From a virus, in the IMG/VR virus record IMGVR_UViG_3300031519_004559: a stretch of DNA of 64,000 bases; one strand, 5' to 3'. Position numbers and translations under genes: made by a program. Positions within the stretch are counted from its first letter, which is position 1. Each line of letters starts with the position of its first letter. Positions 57,506-64,000 of this stretch are shown in pieces. The notes under the pieces are model-generated. The model had not been told where the DNA came from. It saw nothing but the letters and a program-made list of their open reading frames with translations, and did no database searches.

Positions 57506-58320
57506 CTTTTTACAATATAAGGATCATGACATTTATGCGGATTTGGATCTCCATGAAACGCTACAATGCAACAATCAGCAGGAGCCTCTACATGTTCAAT
57601 TTCTAGCATTTCTCTGTTACCTCGTGATTGACCTGGTTTAAATCGTTTGTCCTTTCGTACTTCCCATTTCCAACTTTGTACCCAAGGATCTGGAAATATT
57701 TTTGCTTTACCCTGTGTAACGTCCCAAAGATAATCTTGGTCACCGTAGAACTTACGCATAATCATAATGTGTTCTTGTTTAAATCTTTGCCACACGTGGT
57801 CGAGCTGTCCGTGTTCAAATTTAATAACACTTGAATTATACTTTTCCCAGTTAGGACGCATGGCTCTAGTAAAGTCACGTATTATACAATACTGACCTGG
57901 GTAAAAATCAAACAGTCTGTTTAATGTATTAGTTATAACAAGGTCTAGATCTAGATATAATATTGTTCCTTGTATAGGCAATTCCTTAGAAAATATATAA
58001 GGCTTGTACCACCAGCCAGTTACGCCTACAGAAGGCAAAGGAATAACATTTACATTAGGATCTAAACCGGTTGGGTCTTCAGTGATGCAATAAAAGTTAA
58101 AATCATACTCTAAATTTGCACTAACCATATTGTACATTTTGTTTACATACTCAGCACTGTACTTGGCGCCATGTTTTAAAACAAGAACATTCTTGTCCTT
58201 AGATTCAGGAAAGGTTATTACTTGTTTTTTTAATAACTTGGCACGTTTACGTTCACGCTTTGCGTCACGTATTTGTTTTATTTCTTCTTTAGAATATAGA
58301 CTTTTATCTAACTTCGCCAT
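57496..58320 (-). CDS. GT-A (GT8-like) glycosyltransferase
   Basis: KYSAEYV, GWWYK, YLDLD, YNSSV, GDQDYL, FHGDPNP. Confidence 0.75.
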   Translation of the reverse strand: MAKLDKSLYSKEEIKQIRDAKRERKRAKLLKKQVITFPESKDKNVLVLKHGAKYSAEYVNKMYNMVSANLEYDFNFYCITEDPTGLDPNVNVIPLPSVGVTGWWYKPYIFSKELPIQGTILYLDLDLVITNTLNRLFDFYPGQYCIIRDFTRAMRPNWEKYNSSVIKFEHGQLDHVWQRFKQEHIMIMRKFYGDQDYLWDVTQGKAKIFPDPWVQSWKWEVRKDKRFKPGQSRGNREMLEIEHVEAPADCCIVAFHGDPNPHKCHDPYIVKRWV

Positions 58321-58324
58321 TTAA

Positions 58325-58774
58325 TTAGTCAGCCTCATAGATCGCCGAATTTGCGCCATGCTCTGCACATTCTGCACGTACACAATAACAACGATTATTA
58401 CTTTTCTCACGTATTAGTTTGTCTGCAAAGTTAAACGCATGTTCTGCAAACTTCTCTGCACCAACACCATCCATTACTACAATACTTGCTAACCCTAATT
58501 CTTCAAGTTCCATAAACTTATCTAAGAATGGATCGTCTTTGTCAATTGCTGTTTTGTGATCAAAGTTATCTTCTAGCCAAGCCTTCAAAGGTTTAAGACC
58601 TCCAAAGTCTACGGCCCAGTTCTTTTCATCAAGCTCGTTACAGCCGAATGTAAATGTAAATGCTAAACTGTATCCGTGTAGTAGATGACAGTGTGAATGA
58701 TCTGCATTAGGTTGTCTAAACACTGCTGATAATCCAATGTTGTGTCCGTAATGCTTTGTGCTATAATAAGCCAT
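58325..58774 (-). CDS. queD: 6-carboxy-5,6,7,8-tetrahydropterin synthase
   Basis: HCHLLHGY, VDFGGLK, FDH, AE, EHGANSA. Confidence 0.88.
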   Translation of the reverse strand: MAYYSTKHYGHNIGLSAVFRQPNADHSHCHLLHGYSLAFTFTFGCNELDEKNWAVDFGGLKPLKAWLEDNFDHKTAIDKDDPFLDKFMELEELGLASIVVMDGVGAEKFAEHAFNFADKLIREKSNNRCYCVRAECAEHGANSAIYEAD

Positions 58775-58835
58775 ATGTTCTCCTATATTGAACGGCGGAG
58801 TATTTAAAGAGGGTCGACGTATAAAGTCCTCTGTG
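58775..58835 (-). ncRNA. candidate cis-regulatory RNA in queD leader
   Basis: AGAGG...CCUCU stem with inner GAC/GUC, then CUCC anti-SD before AGGAGA. Confidence 0.4.
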
Positions 58836-58847
58836 TGTAATGTACTT

Positions 58848-58876
58848 ATTATACTACAAATTGCTTAGGCTGTCAA
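58848..58876 (-). promoter_or_regulatory. sigma70 promoter TTGACA-N17-TATAAT upstream of queD
   Basis: Perfect consensus. Confidence 0.85.
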
Positions 58877-59429
58877 CTGAAACATTTGCAAAATTCCATT
58901 GTTTGGGCAACTTCCATTGCTCTTGATATATTGTAAAGTGCTTAGTTGGATTAGATTCAATTACCTTACCTATTTGGTGTTTCCAGTATTTAGGATCAAC
59001 GGCATTTTTATCACTAGCGTCATAGTGTAGTGTGTCTTTGTACACATTGTTTACTGTTGATCCTGTACCGTAAAGATCAAATCCTATTAAGTGTATATTG
59101 TTACTCAACGTAGATGCTAGTAATATTGCATAAGGCCCGCTTCCCCATTGAAAGGGTTCATCTGCTCTTACTTGAAGTTCGTATGGAACCTCTGGTACTT
59201 CTACTAAATTTTTAATATGCTTTCGTTGAGACATCCAATCGTTGCGAGTATAAATTTTATCATAGTTGTGATTATAATTTGTGTGCGCTTCGTCAACCAT
59301 TCGACGGTCTACACAAATTAAATGATCTACAAAATAGTCTCGGCATATAGCGTTGCATCCTATCTTAGGACCGGTTACCGAATTAACATCTATGTGCTTT
59401 CTACTTTCACCATTACCTATAACTAGCAT
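58854..59429 (-). CDS. Maf/MptE-like (GT29-like Rossmann) protein
   Basis: VIGNGESR, GCN, VD, GSG, LIGFD motifs. Confidence 0.6.
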   Translation of the reverse strand: MLVIGNGESRKHIDVNSVTGPKIGCNAICRDYFVDHLICVDRRMVDEAHTNYNHNYDKIYTRNDWMSQRKHIKNLVEVPEVPYELQVRADEPFQWGSGPYAILLASTLSNNIHLIGFDLYGTGSTVNNVYKDTLHYDASDKNAVDPKYWKHQIGKVIESNPTKHFTIYQEQWKLPKQWNFANVSVDSLSNL

Positions 59430-59437
59430 GTAAGTAT

Positions 59438-59917
59438 TTACTCTATGACGAGTGAGATGTTATCAAACATTTGGCTTTTGTGTTGTTTGAAAAGTAAGTA
59501 TACGCAATCAAACTCGCTGTATAGGGTTACTCTATATACGCCTGGCTGCATATTATCTGGCTTAGGTACTCCCCACTGATGGTCAACTACTCCTGTTGCA
59601 TTGCCAAGATAGTCATCTGATCTTATATATATTTTTCTAGCAAAGTCTAATTCAAATCTTTCGCCAGTAGCGTCATCATATGCATCCGAGTGTACTCTTG
59701 TTAGTGTACATTCGTGACGTCGACTGCCTTCTAGAATAAAATTAATCTGCCCACCGCTTACTGGATTGTTTGTTACTGCAATACCCGAGTTATTAAACAC
59801 AAATGCATTAGTAAATCCTAAATATGTTATACCTAGTACAATAAGTGTTGTCATACTTATTCCACTGATTATACTAGTTGCCGCTTTTATTATTATAAAT
59901 TTTTTATGCTTCATCAT
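59438..59917 (-). CDS. membrane-anchored hypothetical protein
   Basis: N-terminal TM. Confidence 0.6.
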   Translation of the reverse strand: MMKHKKFIIIKAATSIISGISMTTLIVLGITYLGFTNAFVFNNSGIAVTNNPVSGGQINFILEGSRRHECTLTRVHSDAYDDATGERFELDFARKIYIRSDDYLGNATGVVDHQWGVPKPDNMQPGVYRVTLYSEFDCVYLLFKQHKSQMFDNISLVIE

Positions 59918-60227
59918 CCCTAAATCCCTCCAAGTCCTCGACGATTCCTTTAAACTCGCCACGGGCCTCTGCTAAGTTTTTACTCGCCCTATTAAGTGTA
60001 ATCACTAAATTTCTTATAGTGTATATTGTCCAGAACCACCACGTTACCGCAGTTATTGCAAACAGCCCGAGACCCGCCCAAAATGCCTGTTGAAAATCTA
60101 TTATGCCTGTTGTTACTAACACTATGTTAGCCAGTAGGAATGCTGTAGGTACTAAACGTGCAAACAGGTCCCAACGGTCAACTTGCGCTTGTATTTTATT
60201 TATATTTGCATCATTATTTTTTGTCAT
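59904..60227 (-). CDS. two-TM membrane protein with coiled coil
   Basis: Hydrophobic segments; SD GGAGG. Confidence 0.65.
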   Translation of the reverse strand: MTKNNDANINKIQAQVDRWDLFARLVPTAFLLANIVLVTTGIIDFQQAFWAGLGLFAITAVTWWFWTIYTIRNLVITLNRASKNLAEARGEFKGIVEDLEGFRDDEA

Positions 60228-60300
60228 TGGTATTCCTCCCACACATCTGTATTAGTATAAGAATTCTTATTTGTACTTGGGGTGTAATTAAATGTTAATA

Positions 60301-61401
60301 CTATGCAGAGATAGATCCAAATGTTTTCCATTCGCCTGGTGTTCCAGCTCTTACACAAATCCATCCAACATATCCTGTTGGTGTTGGGCTTTGATTCCAT
60401 ACAATGTCTCCTATGACATACGATCCTGATACCGGAATTGAAGTTCCAGTTTCGAATTTCTTGTTTTGAAATCTTACACCTCGTGCTGTAGTAATATCAA
60501 CATCATCGCCGTAGTTTTTAACACCTACGCCTAGTGTGTTTTGAATATGTACTTTGCTATTTAGGCTAATGTTTCCATTTGCTGCCACTTCAATACGTGT
60601 TGTATCATCTGTGATAATTTGTAAGGCACTAGTTGTCCAAGTGCCTAATTTAAATTTCTTGTCGTCTGTATTATCTATTACAAACTCGTGATCGATATTC
60701 TTAAGAGCCAACATACCGTTTGGTGCATCAGTGCCTAGTCCTAGTCTTTCTGAATCAGTGTCCCAAAAGACAAAGCCGTCTATGTTCACACGCCCTTGTA
60801 CTTCTAAAGATTCTAGTGTTCCTACTGTTTGTAGATTACTATGAGTAACACTTCGACCTAATGTAGATAGACTTAGTACAGGAATATTTTCTATTCTGTA
60901 AACTTTTTCTCTATCAAGATCCATATCATCACTACTCCACATTCTGTTTGGAGTATCACGGAATATAAATTGCTTAGTATAGTCTGTACCGCCAGACCAT
61001 AACAATCCCTTGCCGCTATGACTTCCTGATGCAGCAGTAAACTCTAATGAAGATGAGCGCTCATTACGCACGTCTGCACTAATTTCATCTACGTGTAATC
61101 TAGTTGCATATACTTCGCCTTCTACTGTAAGGTTGCCCTTGACAGTAACAGGATTATCAATGCTTTGTACTTGTATAGCACGTACAGTAATACCATTATT
61201 ATGAACTGTAAGGACCTGACTAACCGTAGCTTCGTCAGTAATTCCTTTAGAACTAAAGTTAGTTATCATGCCGCCGTTAATTTTGTTTCCTGATAACGCT
61301 CTATCAAGTATCTCCGGTGCCGGCGTTTCTGCGCTTTGCATTGCATCGATTGCGTTGCCTAGTGCTGTTAGTCCATTTCTAATATCATGTATATTGCTCA
61401 T
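60301..61401 (-). CDS. virion/tail-fibre-like protein
   Basis: RLGLGTDAP, GDIVWN..P...GYVGWIC...GTPGEWK C-terminus. Confidence 0.7.
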   Translation of the reverse strand: MSNIHDIRNGLTALGNAIDAMQSAETPAPEILDRALSGNKINGGMITNFSSKGITDEATVSQVLTVHNNGITVRAIQVQSIDNPVTVKGNLTVEGEVYATRLHVDEISADVRNERSSSLEFTAASGSHSGKGLLWSGGTDYTKQFIFRDTPNRMWSSDDMDLDREKVYRIENIPVLSLSTLGRSVTHSNLQTVGTLESLEVQGRVNIDGFVFWDTDSERLGLGTDAPNGMLALKNIDHEFVIDNTDDKKFKLGTWTTSALQIITDDTTRIEVAANGNISLNSKVHIQNTLGVGVKNYGDDVDITTARGVRFQNKKFETGTSIPVSGSYVIGDIVWNQSPTPTGYVGWICVRAGTPGEWKTFGSISA

Positions 61402-61412
61402 GTAAGTATTTA

Positions 61413-62714
61413 TCAACTTACCTTTAGAAGTATTGTATCAGGATTACAACGTCCGTTAAGTTTTGTATCAGTAGTTGGTATTTCGTCTAAGAACTTACGT
61501 AATGCTACTTTGCCAGCTTTCTTAAACTCTTTGATCTGATCTGCAGGCTTACGTAGTGTCTTTTGTATACTTTCACTTTCTTTAAAGCCAATGATAGTTG
61601 TTCCTTTAACTTGCAATCCACTGCCTGATCTTCCTTGACCTGTTGGATCTGGGTTCTCTGCAACATACTTGCCTAGCTTACGTGTTTTAGTATTAAACAC
61701 CCAAAGCTCGCTTGCACCAATAATTTGATCTGGTTGCACACTAGCAATTTTAAACTTGTCATCAGTCTTAAGATACTTCAACTTCTCTACAAGTTTAGAA
61801 GCACTCTTAGGCTTAGCCTTTCTCGGTGCCCTAGTTGCTTTAGCACTGTCAACAACAAACTCAAGTGCAGTAAGTAATTCTTCGATAGCAGTTACAAACG
61901 TCTTAATGTCTGCTTTCTTAAGATGTGCATAACCTTCTTTAAGTTGCATCCACTGATCTTGTTCGAACTCGCTCATTTTCTTTAGCTGACCAGCTGTAGG
62001 CATGCGCTCTAGGTCTTTAAAGTCAGAAATCTCATTTTCAAAGAAGCCTTTAATCTTACGAGCATGTGCTTGTGTAACACCTTCTTTTTGGAAATGCTTT
62101 TTAAAGTCAAAGCCCTTTGGATCAAATTTCTTACGATCAGTAAACCAACCGTCTAGCCATTCGTCGATTCCTTCGCTCTGCAACAATGCTTGATCTCGTA
62201 TGCGCTCTTGTATAGTAGGAACATGTACGTTCCTTGTATCTTTTTCTTCAGCAGTTTTAACTTCTACTACCTTTGCACCTTCGCGAATACTAATTTTAAT
62301 CTGTTTATGAATAAACACACTCACCGGAGTAACAGTATCTCCTGAACAGCCAGGCATCTTTGCCCAATGTGCATCATGCTTAGGATTAGTGTCAGGCATG
62401 CCGTTTAGCATCATTCTTGCATAGATACCAGCAGTAACACTCAAATAAGTATTAGGTGAGTTTTTTGCACTAGTAATGTCTTCTTTGCTGTACTCGCCGA
62501 TTTCTTCCATCCATTTAAAAATACTAGGATACAAGTCTGCTGGCTTATAGTTTTGGTAGTAAAACATACTTGTTTCTCTACGAAACTTGTGATACACTTC
62601 GCCTGCCCAGTCTAAGCAACCATCCCATGACGGTTCACTAATCTTTGAACCACGCTTAATCATCGACGCCGCTCTCGCCTTCTTCTTTGGAATTTTAATG
62701 CCCGATATTGCCAT
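61413..62714 (-). CDS. hypothetical protein of T4-like phage type
   Basis: LWVFNTKTRKL...KTLRKP...NGR C-terminal domain. Confidence 0.7.
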   Translation of the reverse strand: MAISGIKIPKKKARAASMIKRGSKISEPSWDGCLDWAGEVYHKFRRETSMFYYQNYKPADLYPSIFKWMEEIGEYSKEDITSAKNSPNTYLSVTAGIYARMMLNGMPDTNPKHDAHWAKMPGCSGDTVTPVSVFIHKQIKISIREGAKVVEVKTAEEKDTRNVHVPTIQERIRDQALLQSEGIDEWLDGWFTDRKKFDPKGFDFKKHFQKEGVTQAHARKIKGFFENEISDFKDLERMPTAGQLKKMSEFEQDQWMQLKEGYAHLKKADIKTFVTAIEELLTALEFVVDSAKATRAPRKAKPKSASKLVEKLKYLKTDDKFKIASVQPDQIIGASELWVFNTKTRKLGKYVAENPDPTGQGRSGSGLQVKGTTIIGFKESESIQKTLRKPADQIKEFKKAGKVALRKFLDEIPTTDTKLNGRCNPDTILLKVS

Positions 62715-62741
62715 ATGCCTTCTCCTAACTGTGTATAATGT

Positions 62742-62770
62742 ATTATATAGCCATAGTGTTACAATGTCAA
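62742..62770 (-). promoter_or_regulatory. sigma70 promoter TTGACA-N17-TATAAT
   Basis: Direct sequence. Confidence 0.85.
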
Positions 62771-62809
62771 GCCCTTTTGGCCGCTATTGGCAATATTTGA
62801 GTAATTAAT

Positions 62810-63781
62810 TTAAGAGAAATGCTTTCTTACTGTGTCAACAAATAGCGTTACATTTGACGTAGGAGTTTCTTTTATAATTCCGTGTCCTAGTCCACATACC
62901 CAGCCTGTTGGGTCTTCAATAGTATCTAACCATTTCTTAATTTCATACTCTACTATTGTTCTTGAGTCGTTTAACAATATTTTTTCATCAAAATTGCCTT
63001 GAACAAACCCAGTTGCTTTTTTTAATGTTTTATTTAAGTCTACGCTGCTATCAACACCAATTCCAGCAAACCCTAACTTCATTACTTTTGGCAAACTATC
63101 TTTTGGTGTGCCTCGCATATAGTATCCAACATCGCCAATATTAGCAATTGATGATATCATTGGCAAATACGTTTTATCATAATAGTTTTTAGTGACATTA
63201 CTAAGCCCGCTGTCAAGAATCATTACTTGGTCTGCACCGGCCAGTTTTTGTGCTCGAATACTATCTTTTAGTAATGGAATGATTACTTTTTTAAGATACA
63301 TTGTCTTAAATTCGTTGCTTACTTTATTTTTACCTAGTGCATAGTTTAGCAAACTCCAGGGGCCGCCAACAAATCCAATTAGACTTTTATGTGATGGAAG
63401 TGCTTCTCTTGTTGCTTCTAAAGCTCTGCTTTGGAACTGAAGATGGTGTAGTGATTTACCAATATCCGAATACTGTTCCCAGTTGTCTTCACTAAGATGA
63501 ATTTCAAACTTAGGGCCTGGATCAAACTTCATAGGAAGTCCTAGACCTTGTAAGTGCCATGCTATGTCACTGAACAAAATAGCAATATCAAAATCAAACT
63601 CGTTAATTGGCAACATTGCAACTTGTGCTGCAATCTGTGGCAACTTACACATTTGTTCAAAGGTATACTGTTCTTTTAGTTGCATATAGGAAGGTTGATA
63701 CCTTCCTGCTTGTCTCATCATCCAGATCGGAGGACAAGAATTTTCTGTCCTCGAAAGGGCATTTTTAAATTTTTCGTTCAT
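62810..63781 (-). CDS. hemE: uroporphyrinogen decarboxylase
   Basis: PIWMMRQAGRY, AILFSDI, LIGFVGGPWS, VQGN, LGHGI. Confidence 0.92.
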   Translation of the reverse strand: MNEKFKNALSRTENSCPPIWMMRQAGRYQPSYMQLKEQYTFEQMCKLPQIAAQVAMLPINEFDFDIAILFSDIAWHLQGLGLPMKFDPGPKFEIHLSEDNWEQYSDIGKSLHHLQFQSRALEATREALPSHKSLIGFVGGPWSLLNYALGKNKVSNEFKTMYLKKVIIPLLKDSIRAQKLAGADQVMILDSGLSNVTKNYYDKTYLPMISSIANIGDVGYYMRGTPKDSLPKVMKLGFAGIGVDSSVDLNKTLKKATGFVQGNFDEKILLNDSRTIVEYEIKKWLDTIEDPTGWVCGLGHGIIKETPTSNVTLFVDTVRKHFS

Positions 63782-63824
63782 TGCAGAATATTTATCTCAA
63801 ATATTTTCATTGTTATCAATTCCT

Positions 63825-64000
63825 TTACGTGTCTTGGTATTTAAGTCGATAAAATGTTTCGTGCTTAGGTTTGAGTTCAAAGCATACTAAATGTCTAGTT
63901 TTATATTCAGCAGCGTCAAATGTCTCGTCTAATACTTTTACGCTTGTTGCACGATCTGCTAGATACCTAAACCATTCCATAGTTTTGTATGCGTTGTCTA
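63825..64000 (-). CDS. 3' end of a hypothetical protein (truncated by window edge)
   Basis: Open frame ...DNAYKTMEWFRYLADR...YQDT*. Confidence 0.5.
   Translation of the reverse strand, partial: DNAYKTMEWFRYLADRATSVKVLDETFDAAEYKTRHLVCFELKPKHETFYRLKYQDT

Noticed and set aside
60257-60270. Palindrome ATAAGAATTCTTAT in an intergenic gap
   Set aside because: AT-only, single occurrence, plausible by chance
466-63144. Many plus-strand ORFs of 60-208 aa in the ORF track
   Set aside because: They are antisense shadows of well-supported minus-strand genes, with no SD or motifs; only phoH and 55466-55753 were accepted
1-64000. tRNA/rRNA genes, introns, inteins, homing endonucleases, integrase
   Set aside because: Intergenic gaps are short and none showed a cloverleaf; polB, thyX, phoH and clpA are of normal length without insertions (checked by eye only)

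Overview
AT-rich, gene-dense 64-kb fragment of a large T4-like (myovirus-type) bacteriophage, probably marine and infecting a proteobacterium. Almost every real gene is on the minus strand; the exceptions are phoH and one small Zn-finger gene. From left to right: RNase H, MetK and a 7-deazaguanine DNA-modification region (queE, folE, dpdL-like, dpdA-like TGT, with queD far to the right), interleaved with a GT-B glycosyltransferase, HIT, PRTase and NDP-sugar genes, the sliding clamp and family B DNA polymerase. Next come modular, probably capsid-packaged proteins with prohead-protease-like cleavage sites; host-derived proteostasis and Fe-S genes (clpA, def, dnaJ-like, iscA/iscU); a lysis cassette (GH19 endolysin, spanins); phoH, a DNA methyltransferase, thyX, ferredoxin, a cysC-like kinase, clamp loader and class I aldolase; small nucleotide-metabolism genes, GroES and a truncated DnaE-like gene; baseplate/tail-fibre genes including a 2843-aa protein; uvsE, queD and hemE. 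Non-coding signals include about 10 near-perfect sigma70 promoters, a TAAATA late-promoter-like motif often only 4-7 nt before an ATG, hairpins with a promoter in their loop, and compact structured leaders on folE and queD. The best novelty candidates are (i) a possibly glycosylated 7-deazaguanine DNA modification with its own cofactor supply and candidate RNA regulators, and (ii) protease-delimited polyproteins of injected peptides. All calls come from motif recognition by eye; no searches were run.
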